Notes under the pieces: model-generated
Databases searched by the model: none
The model's input: the letters and a program-made list of their open reading frames with translations, nothing else
What the model was told of the DNA's origin: nothing
Shown here: positions 35,690 to 50,201 of the stretch, in pieces
Numbering within the stretch: position 1 is the stretch's first letter
Layout of the letters: each line of letters opens with the position of its first letter
IMG/VR virus record: IMGVR_UViG_3300028888_000053
Span: 32,001 to 96,000 of that record
Reading direction: 5' to 3' (one strand)
Origin: a virus
Taxonomy: Duplodnaviria; Caudoviricetes
DNA: 64,000 nucleotides
Made by a program: the position numbers and the translations under genes

Positions 35690-38600
35690 TTATTTATCAA
35701 AATTAGATTGTAATAAATCTATTTTATGTACTGCTAAATCAAAATTATTAGCACCAGAATGACTTGATACATACAGAATGGAATCATCTCTGCATATACC
35801 TTCTGGTTCACGTTCAATATCCTCTAAAGAAATAATGTAATTAGTATATATCTATTTTGTTTTCAGATTAATTAATAATATTCCACCACGACCGCCTGTC
35901 ACATTATATGAAAATTCATAAAACATCATGTCGTTTTCAATATGAACATCTTGTTGAGCTCCCTCAAATGTAAATGAAAATTGATCAATAATGTTACTAT
36001 CTGTATATGTAACATTTCCAGACGTTGGATTTGGCAAAGGAAATTTAAGAGCAATTTTAGCTCCATATCTATCACTGGCAGATGCGGCATAACCATAACA
36101 CCAAAGATAACCAGTCTTAGCATCGACCGACCAATCCCAATTTAATGAAGTGTTAAATTTAGAACCATTATAACTAATCTTTTGAACACGACTCATAGTT
36201 ACATTTGTACCAGAAATTGACATTGTTTCAACGTGACAATTACAACTACCAGATGTCCATTCGCTAATATAAATATATGGAAAACTGCCTCCTTGTGGAA
36301 TGGTACTTGAGAATGATATTGCATTACAATGCATAGCATATGTACTCGTAGCTCCTTCCATAGCGCCACTTGCTATTACATTCATATTTTTCTTCTAAAG
36401 AATAAGTACTCGTCCACTTGTAAAGAATTGTACAAGATATTCGCCATAAATTGCCATTCCTCCTGCCCATTGATTCGTTACATTAAAATAATTTTGAAAT
36501 ATTCTAACCGAAAGTACAGTCTTTATATCCCAAGTATTTGGTACAATAATTACATCAAAATCTTCTCTATATACTGGAGCAACACTAAATGTTTGGTCAG
36601 AATTTTTTTTGAAATTAGCAATAAGATAATATTTATTACTTGCATTATACGTGGAAAGCTATGATACATCATGTACACTTGTAGCTGGGCCAATAGTCCA
36701 TGTCCAAGCAAACTCTGTTATGCGCCAAGATACATCTGCTACAGGATTATCTGGAGGCCAAAGTATCCCAGATGAAAAATGAGTAACTCTTGAAGTTGAC
36801 ACCATTCGAAGAATAAACGCTTTAACATCAGTGCCACCAATTTCAGTATATTCTGTTAGTACATTATTGCGTATAAATAAAGCTTCAGATGAATTTAATC
36901 CTCCTTTGTTAGTATCACTACCATCTTTATGATATAAATATTCAAATGGTAAAGCTGGAAACTTATCACTTATTTTTATCATAATACACGCTCTCTTAGA
37001 AGAGGTCGGTAAATATGTAATATCCTTGCCATTAAAAAAGATATTAAATTTGATAGCAGGATCTGAAACCAAACCTAATATTGTATTTGGCGTTTCAACA
37101 ATAGTTTCTTCACTAGAAGGAACGTGACCAGCTAAATTAATCGTTACTTTAGAATATTCAGGTACGCCAGTATTAGAATAAATTGTAAATCCATTATTAG
37201 AAGAATTGTTATTCTAAACAGTTAATAGTTTACCTGTTCTTTTTACAATATAAATATACTATCCTGTAACGAAATTAGATGGATGTGCACTAGTACTCCC
37301 CTTTGCTATACCATTATAGTTATACATAGGAGTATACACTCCATCTAATGAAGTATCAGATAAATCATAATGACATATATGGATAGGAGAATATAAAGAT
37401 TCAACAGTTGATGTTGGATAGGTAAAAGTTACCATAGATGATGCTGGAAATCCATATGCTGGGTTAGAATAAGTAGCTAGTCTAGAAAAGTTATAGCCCT
37501 ATAACCTTGGTGCTCTAAAAATATAGCCAGGATCTAATGAATTCTCAGATAAAGGAGTCGGAGATCCAATAAAAAAATACTCACATAACATTATCGCATT
37601 TGCAAATGTTATTTCTCCTATAGACCAGTAAGCAGGTGGTAATAAATATATATTAAAGGATACGCCATAATTATTACTAAGTGTTACTGCATATGGATCT
37701 GCATTATAGTAAGATGTACCATCAGTCTTAACACAAATAATATAATTTCCATCATTAGATTTGTCAACAATCCTAGCTGATGATATTCGAGAACCTACAT
37801 TCGTAATACTCGGTTGACTTGCTTTTCCTTCAATAGTAGAATATACTCTAAAATATCTTTCTTTACCATTATCAGATAAAGCTATATTTACAGGGAAAAA
37901 ATCCCAAATAATGTTTTTTAAATATAAAGATCCATCTTTATACATTTCTTTAACAACTTGTGCGTCATGTACACATGCTATTTCGTTTTGACGTAATCCG
38001 TATGAATACTATCTTAATGGATTGTAATATTTGATAGTTCCTTCTATAGGAGTTGATACACCAATTGAACTATTAACCACTTCTTCCGTCCCCCAGTCGT
38101 TAACATTGTAGCTCCACGCGCTGTCAGCCTGCCATTCATCGTCCAATAAATAATATTCTGTAGAAGATAATTCGTAGTTAAGATATACTCCAGACATTGC
38201 TGTTTTAAAAGCAGACGAAGTAGTATAAGCAGCAACATATGTATATAAACTACCATTATAATATGCCATTGCTTTTTCTGCATATTTCGGAGCAATAGGG
38301 CTTATTGAACCATAGAATCCATATGAACTTAAAATATTCGGTACATAAGATGTAGCTTTCACATTTGATAATAATGCCTGAAATCTAATATAACCAGAAT
38401 TAGCTGGAGCTTGCGAACCTCCCCAAGTAAGTGTTCCTAAATCAACAGTTCCAACTCTTTTCGCATACCATCTTTTTCCATCCTATATATAGATTTCATC
38501 CCTCACATCACCAGCTTGCAACATTCCATTTGGACATATACTAACACTACTACCAGTACCGTTTAATTTACCTGTTAGTAATGTTATATTAGGTCCACCA

Positions 38601-39784
38601 GTCTATTCCACATGAGCTTCGTAATCACCATCTCTAACACCATTTCTTTTGAAATTCAAAGTAAAATTAGAAATAGTTGTAGAAGAGGATGTATCTCCGT
38701 GTGTAATAAAGAATAAGACATATAAATCCTATGCAAAAGTAATGTCAAATGATGTAGTCGTATTATTACCATGATTTAGAAAGGCTTTGGCGCCAGAATT
38801 ATAATACCAGGACATAGTTGATGATTCTCGAACATCAGAATACTCTGTTATTAAAGTTCCATATAAGTCATATGCTCTCATATTTGTTCTCCATGAAGTA
38901 GCTCCACTTATATTAAATGAGACATGATAAGGAACTCCACCAATTACTTTGGTATAATATGTCTCACTAAATGATGGAGGTGAAGCATAATATTTTGCAG
39001 GATACACACACTAATTAAATCCTGTAGTTTTAATACCAGACATAGAAAAGTTTCTAATTTCTCCTGCACTATATGGTTCATAAGTTAGTTTTTTACCAAA
39101 CCAATTTTGATAGTCAGTTTCAAATTGTTCTGCAGTAGTAGGTTCGTTACCAGAGCCATAAAGAAGAGTTAGATCTATAATGAATACTTTTCTGAAATAT
39201 ATGTCAACAACAGTTGACGTGGTCGCGGAGGATGCGGTGTAAAACCATAACAGAAAAGATAATGGGGAATTTGCAGTTACGCTGATGATACTATTCTTTG
39301 TAGTCCAAGGTATATTTGCAGATAATCCTACAACATTTAGGTTGGAGTTATTCCCATATCGGCCATTGAGAGTCGCATTTGTTTGTGATGAACCTGTTTT
39401 GTAATCATAAGATACGTAATAAGTGTGACCTTTTATGGGTGCTGTTTGGTAAGCGGTTTTCATGAAAAAGTTAGGCTGAGCTGAAGTACCAGGAGTTGAC
39501 GTATGGGTTAAATGACATACTCCATACTCAAAGTCCTGTGTTCCTAAGTTTTTAGTCCAATAGGTTGCTTCCACTGGATATGCTTGCTAATTCCACACAA
39601 TACTTCTTCCCTTTAAACTCTTAATAAGTGCCATAGTTGCATTAGTCGTAGTCTGTGAATCATGAGCATCAGCGGTTTGTCTATAACTAAAATTAACATC
39701 CTACTCATAAGAACCTCTTTCAATCAAACTCTCCTAACAAGTAGATGTCTATAATAATTTTGGTATCGTTCTATATGAAGGCAT
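35690..39784 (-). CDS. Multi-domain tail fibre/receptor-binding protein with C-terminal beta-propeller-like region (~1,364 aa)
   Basis: Six ORF-track fragments are in one frame. Ser/Thr/Tyr-rich, with IDLTLLYGSGNEP and YEPY motifs and propeller-like blades (GMAIYG, HCNAISF, QQDVHI, EPEGIC). Confidence 0.75.
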
Positions 39785-39786
39785 AA

Positions 39787-41049
39787 TTATTGAGTTATAA
39801 AGTAAATAGTATTAGAATCAAATGAAGAAGGAGTAGTGGAAGTGATTTCAATTGAAGAAGTATCACCAGACAATTTTCTAAAACCACCATTTCTATAAGC
39901 ATACATAGTACCATCTGATACTAAATCAGCTCGATAACATCTATCATTTTCATAATCTGCATATACAGACTCTGCAACTTTAATATAGACTTTACCATCT
40001 GCAGAGGTTGGTTCTGTTTGAGTCCACCATGTATCTGCTAAAACAAAATAGCCACTACTATCAATAGTTCCTACTATATATACTGGTTTTCTAGGTAATA
40101 AATTACCAGTATGACCAGCAGTGGTGTTAATATTTAAAGAATATCTTAAATCAACCAACGATATATTTTGTTTAATTGTACCGTGTGCTGTATAACCACC
40201 ACTAACATCACCAGTACCAGAATAATAATAAATTTTTGAACCAGCAATAAATTGCGATGGATTTTTTGTTTTAGTAACTGCTGTTCCAGATGTTGTCGTA
40301 AATGATTCCCATGTCCCATCTTTTTTCTACATAATAAGACTCTATAGTTTTATTCCATTAGAACCAGCTAAAAGACGTGAATAATATATTTGCAAAGTCG
40401 TTGTATCATTACTATCACTCGTCTCTTGTAAACCTACAGTTGTGGCATTATAAGCATAAGAGGCATATTTACTTGCGTTATATACAGTACCATATGTTTC
40501 AATTGTTTCAGGAAAACTAACAGTACAATTCGTAGTACTTAAAACTTGGATTTCATAAGTTCTAGCTAGAGTAGTTGATGTATATGCTGAATATACTCTA
40601 ACTCCACATTTTATAGGGTCAGTTTGATAATATGTATTAAATTTAGCCTCAGTATCATAGTCTAATACTACATGCTAATAAATTGGATAATATGAAGTAG
40701 AATTAAACTAATTTAATATAGCAGAACATTCTGTAGTGCCAGATCTACTAATTCTCACATCGTAAATGCCCTAGCATCTATTATGTGTAGTTGTGATTTT
40801 AAGTCTATAATGGACTTCCCAAGGCACATACCAACTAGAAGTACAATGAACATTTAAGAAATAAAGATATCCATTTGCAGTATCATTTGCAGTGCAAGTA
40901 TGAGTATAAGTATGAAAGTTACTATCACCCTCGACAACACATGGAGGCACACATTCTTCTAATCGCTTACTAGAAAACATGCCCTTTAATTTTATAATAA
41001 AATTCTCTAAAAGATAAGTGAGTTTAGCTCTGTCTAAATATTTTGCCAT
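39787..41049 (-). CDS. Tail fibre-associated protein (420 aa)
   Basis: Fragments 40771 and 39787 are in frame. N-terminus MAKYLD..L, C-terminus DSNTIYFI. Confidence 0.7.
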
Positions 41050-41065
41050 ATTATTTACATTTTAT

Positions 41066-41767
41066 TCATTCTAACACGCGACGGTGTTTATATAACCATT
41101 CTTTCTACTTCTCTATATCTGTTTTCTTAGGATTCCAACTTGCACTACCATAATGTAAGATATATTCCCTTCTATTAATTTCTTTAAATGGTAAATTAGC
41201 ATCAACACATGCTTTATAAAACCAAGCACCTGTATCATACCATTTATTTGGATCTTTATCGGTTATCATCCATGTATAATCTTCATTGCAAAAACGTATA
41301 TTATTTTCTTTACACATTGGGACGTTTATATAGCACAAAAGTGGATTTACTCGTTTGATAACTTCTCCTGCATATATCTAATCAATTTGTCCAGAAAACA
41401 CTTTCGTTTCATCCCATAATGCTTTTGGATTCTTCTCTAGTAACGTATCACTATCTAATAATATGAATCCTTCTGGAATTAGATCGAAACAAATGTCTAC
41501 ACTTTTTATATGTCTAGCACTACCCCATCTATTAGTCGCTCCTAAAAACTATTGTTTATTAGGAAATTTATCAAGCCAAGCATCAAGGTTACATATCTAA
41601 CCTTTTGTATTATCTAAGATAATAACATTCTTATTATCTGTAACTAACGGCTTCTGATCAGAATTATCAAAAACATATAATGTGAATTTCTTAACATATT
41701 TATCAAGACTTTTGATTAATGCCTCCGTTAATTCTGGTGTATTATAATGTATTGTTAAAAAATTCAT
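41066..41767 (-). CDS. Glycosyltransferase family 2-like protein (233 aa)
   Basis: TIHYNTPELTEALIKSL...YVFDNS...FILLDSD...YDTG...ILHYGSASW. Confidence 0.8.
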
Positions 41768-41768
41768 A

Positions 41769-43784
41769 TCAATAAGAACTATAAGATCCATACGCGGCAG
41801 CATTATCTTCTGCTTCACCTAATATTTCATCAATTTCTGCTTCTGTAAAGGGTTCTAATGACATTGGAATACAATATTCCTCAAGAGATTTGCATTTTAC
41901 TTCTTCGGTAGAAGAGTTATATGTACAAATCGTAAGTATACAATAATATAAATTATCATCACTTAGATCCTCATTATTATAGTATGGGGTACTGATAAAT
42001 TTCATATTAGTATCACCATCATCTTCATCTTCATGACAACCCATATAAAAGTATATCTGGTCATTATTAAAAAATAGACAATGCTCTCCATCAGCAAATG
42101 GTTGAAAATCTTCCCAGTGCATTCTCATTCTACGACCAGCAACCAAAGAGCTATCACAAGCTACTATCTTCAAATCCGCCGCAATATTATCTACATACGT
42201 CTTAATTCCTCCACTAGTAACAGGATTAGTACTATTTGCTGTAGGTGTAGTATCAAACGTCAATTTATTCTATTTATTATTCCATGAATTCACCTATTCT
42301 TGAGTTGGTAGCGGTATATATTTACCGTAAGATACACTACTACTAATATAAAACTAAGCTAGATAGCCTTCTGTTACATGTTTAGTAATACCAATATAAG
42401 TATCACCATCTTTTTGTAAAGTTACAACTAACGAACCCGTGTAATTTGTTAGATTAACTCTTAATACTGGTATCTTAGAATTATTATAATCAGAATTAAT
42501 AGATGTATATGGATTGGTGTCTAATTTAATTGGATAGACATCCTGAGTATAGTTATTCCTATCAACCATGTCTTGCAAAATACCATAATCAGTTATAGTG
42601 ACAGTCCCATCACGATTTACATCAGCAGTACTATTAGATGTATTTAACCATGTACTCATAATAGCAGAAAGATCCAAGGAATCACATATACCATTACCAT
42701 CTACATCCCCTGGTAGCCAGCCAGTAACTGTAGTAACAGATATAGCGCTAGTACTTGGTAAATAAGGTCTCCATTTAATAGATCCAGAACCGTTAGAAGA
42801 TAATACATAATCTCCATTTTGTAATTTTCCCTCATCAGTGCTTCCTGTATAATTACCATTAACAGAAGGTGCTAATCCATTTGCAGAATAGGTTACTACA
42901 CTATGACCTTTATACCAACCTGGAGTACCGCTTGCCCCTGATTTACCAAGGACATAATATGAATCAGAAATATGTGCTGAATTTGTGGAAGATGCATCAA
43001 TATAACTTCCATTACCAAGAAGTATATTGTTGCCAGACATAGCCTATCCTGAAGAATTCAGTAAATTAACACCTTTGGTTTGAAAAGTACCAGTTGATTT
43101 AAATGTACCAGTCATTTTCAATGTACCATTTGCTACACACGTTCCAGTGAATATCATATCCTTTAACGTATCTAATGTCGCAAACTAGCCATAACTTAAG
43201 CAAAGTGGTTGATAAGTAGCCCTTCCAAGAGTATCTACTCCACATACTCTTAATTTTGGCACAGATACAAAACCGTTGCAATCAAATACGAACTGTGTTC
43301 CATATGACGAAGAAGAACTGCTTAATAATGTAATAGAATACTGATTAGCATCAACAGAATGACTAACCATTGTGCCAGATATTGCATTATTAATATCACT
43401 AGCTGTATAATTAACATTAAAATTAGTCATTACTAATTTGGCTCCACTCTCAAATAATACATCTTTACTAAATGTTTTCTCACCAGAAATAGTCTAATTA
43501 GTATTTAATGTTACATATGAATTATTCAAGGCTGTATACACAGCTCCAGATGTTACTAATCCAGTACTACCAGAAGTAACAGATGTTGCAATATCACGGG
43601 TAGTTAAAGTAGCTGAACCCTAACCAACTAATACTTTATTAGATGCTACAGAGGTTAAACCAGTACCTCCATATGTAACTGAAATTGCATTACCATTCCA
43701 TGTTCCAGCTTTTATTGTATTAAAATATGCATCTCCAATAAAACGAGCTGCTCCATTAACAATTAAGTCTTTTAAAATTGCCAT
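41769..43784 (-). CDS. Tail fibre protein with dockerin-like domain (671 aa)
   Basis: Fragments 43185, 42354 and 41769 are in frame. Fibre motifs (GGTG, T.Q TISG.KTF) and a duplicated GDVDGNG/ADVNRDG Ca-binding loop pair. Confidence 0.75.
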
Positions 43785-43786
43785 AA

Positions 43787-46093
43787 TTATATTTCTATTA
43801 ATTGATTACATTGTACCGTGGTATCATACTATCTATCTTCTGCAAGCAATGGTGTCGCTGCTGATCCTTTTTCTAACTTCCAAGCACCAATATGCATATT
43901 TTTATCTGTAGATGATGATGGATAATTATATAAATTTAACCATAAATTTTGCGCTCCAATACCACTTGCTTGTGATGATGTTACTGTAAATGTTTTAACC
44001 AAATGATCTGCATGGCTATTAGTAAAATCAGATGAAACATACCAACTAAATAATGATGTACTACCACCACCCCAATAAACCATTAATCGAGATGATGCAC
44101 TACCAGCAATATCTACATCCCATAACTACATTGTATACGTTTCATCAGCAATAAGATTTTCTGACATATCTAACTAATAAGCCATATAACCAGTAGGCGT
44201 TACAGAACGCGGTTCTTCTAAGAATAAATTAGAATTAACATATTTATAAATTTTACATTCATTATTAGATTCTAGTACATCAAATTGACTTACTCCATTT
44301 TTTCCAATACACCCTATACCATTCTCTTCAATTTCATAAGTATAAAAATTCTACTTGTTATCAACACTTGCTCCAACTTTATACAAATCTAATATATCAT
44401 CATCAGATAATACAGTAGTGTATATTCTAAAATCAGACATTAAACCATGATAAGAAGTTGCTCCGTCTCTAGAATCGCGTCCTATACGATATGTTGTAGG
44501 AAATGTTAAATTATTAAATGTTTGTGTAAAAGTCTGAATTAAAGCTCCATTTAAATATGCTTTAATTTCTGTGTTTCCACTTTTTGTGATTGCTATATGC
44601 TACCATTGATCATCCACAATTGTTAATGTAGAAGTTAAATCCGGAGAGCCATTCCACCATAATCTTAATTTATTTGTAGCTGTTTTTTCAATAGAAAATG
44701 AAGTATTTGAATAACTTCCAAAATAAACAGATCTCGCACCATTTTCACCATTTGGTTTTATCCAAAATGAATAAGTTAAAGCAGTATTAATAATATTACT
44801 CAAATTGAAATTTTGAATTAGTATACCACTTGTATTTCCATCGAATGACGTACTATTAGCGTATCTTGCTGCATCACTCTATATAGTCAGACTTCCTATA
44901 ATGCTACCATTATTTTGGTAACCAGAGGTGTCATAAACATTAGTCTCATTTCTTGAATTTACAACAAATGGAGTTACGTGATCTTTGCGTTCTACTTGCA
45001 CATTTGAAAAGAGAAAACTCTCTCCTTCACTAATATAACCAACTACGTATATATTAAACACGGAGCCAGATGGCGTATCGTAGTTCCAAGTATAAACTCC
45101 GTTTACTCGTTGCCATTCAGAAGTAAATGTAAAAGTTTTAATGATATTACCTTGAGTATTGGTGCCATTTGTACTATATATATAGAGTATCCCTGTTTTA
45201 CCAATAGTTGCCCCCTCTCCTTTAACATAGACTGAACCTACGATTTTATCACCTTTGGATAATGCTGTACCTAAAGAAGATGAAGTAGCCATTTCTATTT
45301 GGCGATTCACTGTAGTACTCTTACTTGTAACTCTGCATACCTAACCAGATACAGCTGGAATTTCATCGGCTATACTTTTTACACCATAACTTCCAAAGCC
45401 ATAAGAAGACCAACCAGTAGTAAAGTAGTTACTTTTAGTACCAAGTAAATTTGTTGTCGATTCTACATAAGGATCATCTAACTTATAATGTAATACTAAT
45501 CCCTATGCTAAATCATGTACTTCTTTAGGTGATAAACAATGATCGTAGATGCGAAAATCATTTAATATACCTACTAAATCATAACTATGACCATTTGAAA
45601 ATCCTCCTGCAATTTTAATTTCATTTGCTGATGTTGTTGTAGGATTTCTATAAGTTTTAGCTTTTCCATAATAATTACCATCAATATATAATAAACATTG
45701 AGTACCATCAAATGTTATAGTGTAATGGTGCCAAATATTATCAGAATGTGCAGTAACATCTGTACCATCATTTTGAAATGGATTCTTCAAAGAATCTCCA
45801 ACATTTAAATAATATTTGCCATTATATAACCAAAAATTTAAAAAGGCATATGTAACAGAATTAACAACAAAAAACATCGCATTTGCATCTGAAGTTTTGC
45901 TCCAAAAACAAAATGAGCAATTATTTGTTAATATAACTGGTTTGATAATCCAGTAACTTGATCCGTTACAATTTAATCCATTGCCTATTTTACCGGTAGT
46001 ATATGATGTAGTACCTGTTACTGTGATATTTATATCGCTTAATCCTTTATTTTCTAACGTCCCATTAAGTGGAAGCCAAACCTGTAATGCCAT
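43787..46093 (-). CDS. LamG/concanavalin-A-like multi-domain adhesin (768 aa)
   Basis: Two LamG repeats (WHHYTITFDG..LYIDG..NDFRIY; W*HIAIT..AYLNG..SDFRIY) alternating with carbohydrate-binding-like modules (EWQR...QVE; WKLEKGSAATP). Confidence 0.8.
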
Positions 46094-46095
46094 AA

Positions 46096-47007
46096 TTAAT
46101 TAAATACAAAATTTAAACATTTATTTGTTGTATCATACTACAACTAACAATTAGTACTAGAGGCTGAATTAGTAGTACTGCCATTAATCTTAATCGATTT
46201 TACTTCTGGTTCTGTAATATAATTTGTAGAAGTACCTATTGCTAAATTTGCCCAATATAATGCACTTGCGGTAGCATAAGAACTCAATGTTGTCGTTGTA
46301 CCATTGGTATTCCATACTTTAGAATTACTACCAGTTTCAACTGTACCAGAAGTGGTCATTTTATTTAAACCAACAATACCTAATACTCCAGTACTTGGTT
46401 TAAATTTTGCTAAATGAGTTGCATAAGTAGTATTGATAACTGATTCTAGATTAAATGTTGCATCATCACTGTAAGAATAACCTAACAGTAAAGGTCTCCA
46501 AGAAGTATTACCTGATGTTGTTTTTGTTTGAGTGACTTTAGTATCAGAAGACCGAGTTATAAACTCACACGTGTCGTCATCATAAATAAGAGCACGTTTT
46601 ATATCATCGCCATATATACTACAAAATTCATAATAATCGCCACTCTATCCATATGATAATGGGAGATAGTAATAAGCACCTACATCATTGTACTTCAACA
46701 ATACTCTTCTATTTACAGATAAAGCAGTGGTAATTTCAGAATATGGATGTCCAGGAAGAACTTGTCCATTGTCATCTTCATTTATTTCAATAATCAAAGG
46801 ATTATCCCTTTCTGCAGACTATGCCTATCCTGCATAATCGGCATATCCAGCAGTTTCGGCATATTCTGGTACTTCTGGATCCTAAACAACATATAAATTA
46901 TTAGCATCATAATTATATGTCACACCATCTATAGTTACAGATCCAGCAGAAATTAAAGTAGAATAATCTTTTTGCTTTATTTTTACTATTTTATTTAAAT
47001 TTGCCAT
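46096..47007 (-). CDS. Tail fibre-associated protein (303 aa)
   Basis: MANLNKIVKIK... with TAG read-through. Contains a DTKVTQ...RPLLL fibre motif. Includes fragment 46144. Confidence 0.7.
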
Positions 47008-47063
47008 AATAATAATTAAAAAAGGACGAGAAAACACAGTTGCCATAGACCCTGGCTCGTTTA

Positions 47064-47621
47064 TTATTCATAATATGTTATTGTCGCTAAATTAGAATTT
47101 ACTCCTGTTCTTTCATTATTTACATTATATCTAAAAGTTGCTCTGACAGTTACATTAACCTTATGCTTTTTCCAAATTATATAACGCTATTTAGATGTTA
47201 ATACGTTATGAATTTGAATAGAATATACCATTCCGACTTGAATCTATTCAATATCCAATGACTATCCACAAAATTTATGTTTTACAACATTTGCATTACC
47301 AATCTTTTTGCATCGAGAATATGCACAATGTCCAATAGATGTTTGTTTGGTTTCAATAAAAATACTTAAATGATTTAAATAAGCATTATTACTCATATGT
47401 TTTGCTATAGCAGTTTCTGATTTATAATCATCATGATCACCGTTTGTAATCATGTCTTTTAATTTCATGGCAAATTTACTCTATTTTAATTCGTAATATT
47501 TAGGAATTCTTATAACTTTCACATAAATATTTTCATCATCGTACCATAATTTTAAAGGATAAGGAAAGTTTGAATCATCACCATTTATAGCTACTCTATC
47601 TTGCGTTAAATTATATTTCAT
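47064..47621 (-). CDS. Basic hypothetical protein (185 aa)
   Basis: MKYNLTQDRVAING... is open with TAG read-through. Includes fragment 47262. Confidence 0.6.
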
Positions 47622-47627
47622 AGTTCA

Positions 47628-50174
47628 TTATGTTAAATCAAGTATTTCAATAGTTGTCTAATACGTATTTGAATCTAAAGAGCCATCTCCCTTTACGAAT
47701 TGCACTGAAGTTCCATTATTAGTGACGAACTTTGTAGCATATAAAGATGCAGTTGACGGCTAAGCATATATTCCTGTATTAAAATAAACAGGCTATGTAG
47801 CACTACCAGTGCTAATAGTTCCAGAACCATGATTATAGCTTAATAGCAATGCTCTATAATCAGTTGTAGTAGTATTCTACTATGCTACTTTAGAATCAGT
47901 ATTTGGATTAGAAGGCATTGTAACTTCAAATACCACATCACCCACACTACCTATTTCAACTGTTTCGCCCCATGTTAAAGTTGGGCTATTACCAGTGACA
48001 GCTTTCCATGATGGCATCTCAGATGTATTAGTCATCCAAATATTATTATTTGTATCTGCTGGAGGAGCAGGAAGGAATCCAGCTGAACCAGAGCTATTCT
48101 AACTTGCACCTAATTTTATTGTAAAATAATCAGCACTACCACTTTGTCCACTTCCTGTGCCTGCCGCTAAATACGAAACAGATAAAGGAGATTCTGCTGC
48201 AAAGTTTATAGCTTTTGTACTATTAGCTGTTCCAACTCTACTTGTACCACTTGTATATATATTTCTCCAGGTGTTAGTATTCGGATTAGAAGGAATAGTC
48301 AACGTCTTTTCAACTCCATTAATATTTACAGTTAAAGAACTACCCCATGTAGATCCGCCACCAGTCACAGATGAATTTCCTGCATGTAAAATATTATAAA
48401 AATTACCGCCAGTATCTCTATACTGTAGTTTTCCTACACCACCAGAATAAAATCCTATAGCACCTAATGAACGTTTATTGCCACTAGAATCTTTATTGGC
48501 AAAACTAATGAAAGCAATGTGATCTCCAGAACTTCTATAGAATTCTACAATACCTTTAGAATAACTAGAAATTGTAGAAGTAACTGTTTGTTCAGTAGAA
48601 CTCAATTTTAAATATGTATCATCTAAATTACTGATACCTAATGCCGTCTTAACACTCCATAAACCAGCCCATTTTGTTGTTCCGCCAGAAGCAAAAGAGT
48701 CAATTGTTAAAAAATACTAAGGACTAGTATTTTCTGGAAGTGCTGTATTATCTTTCCATTTTAATTGGCCTAACATAGTACCACCGGCAGTAGGAAGATA
48801 ATCATTTACATTTAAATTCTTCTATATTACATTATAATTACCAATCGTAGTTCCAGGATTATCAACTAAAGCAATAATCATATCTCCTGGTTCTACATAT
48901 GTTCCAAGAAAATATGTATTAGATGTACTAGAATAACTACCAACAATCCAAGTATATCCTTTCTTTAAAGTTGTTCCTAATGTTGGTTGTAATGAAGAAT
49001 CAACAACAGGAGCTGTATTTGTGCCAGATGCAGTAGGAGTATATAAACCAACATATTGTAATGCGCCATTTAATGTGGCGACAGAATTGGAAATAGCATT
49101 CTATACAAATGCAGTAGTAGCTATCTATGTAGTACTAGTACCAGCTGATGCAGTAGGAGCCTTTGGTGTACCTGTAAATTCTGGAGAGTCTAATGGAGCT
49201 AATGCAGTCTCACTCACAGAATATACTTTCATTATATCGCCTTCTGCCTTTAAATTAAGAGAAACTTTTACTGCTCCAGTCGTTCCGAACGCGCCAGCAT
49301 CTATAATAGCATTAGTATCTAGAATAACGTCGTCTTCGTCGCCCAGTGACACACTACCAATAAAATATAACATCCACCCATGGGATCCCGAATTATCATA
49401 ACATATTATTGGGACGACCCCATTTTGCATATCTGTCCGCAATTCACTTGGTGTAATACCTTGGATAGCTTCTCCTTGTGTATATTCAGTTATATAGTAC
49501 ACATGCACCTTTTTGTCAGCAATAGCAGTCTATAATTCCTGTTGACTTGCATAAGCAGTTGAATCAACAGTTCCATCTGCTTTTAAAAATTGAGACGATG
49601 TACCTCCTCTTTTAACAAAACTTCCAGCTTTTAAAGCGCCTGTACTTGGATTATATGTCAATCCAGTACTTGTATTAGCATTTACATACTATATTGTAGT
49701 ATCGGCACCACTTGCACTAAATGGAATAGTTCTATCACTCGATGTCCATGTGCTCCCCGCCTTAACAAAATATTTACCAGAAAATGCAGTAGCATATAAA
49801 TAACCATTATAGTTTAAACGAGTGTCTCCATTTGGTTCAGTAGTCCCAGTATAAAAACTCGCTCCAGTCTATTTACTATCATAAGGAGCTAAAGTATATG
49901 AAACAGAATTTGAACCACCAGTTCCAGTTAATTTCCAATACTAAGATGTAGCAGAAGCAGAAATATTAAAAGCTGTTGGTTTCTTTCCAAAATACTTTCC
50001 ATGAGACCATAGTATACCCTAATCCTTTATAAATACAATAGAATTATAAGGGATATTTCCTACATAACCATTAGTAGCCGTAGTAGTTTCCGAAGTGCTA
50101 TTTAAATAATTAGCACCCTAGAAAATCGCTAACGTATCAACTGTTATAAACTTAGACTATATTTTTCCTGCCAT
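47628..50174 (-). CDS. Tail fibre protein (848 aa)
   Basis: APLDSPEFTGTPKAPTA...T*IATTAFV, GGTSSQFLKADG and YLPTAGGTMLG fibre motifs. Fragments 49125 and 48099 are in frame. Confidence 0.8.
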
Positions 50175-50201
50175 AATATTCCTGTTAAATTAATTTTTCG
50201 T

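Noticed and set aside
47015-47062. Possible terminator (ACGAG...CTCGT)
   Set aside because: Stem is short with a very long loop; not convincing.
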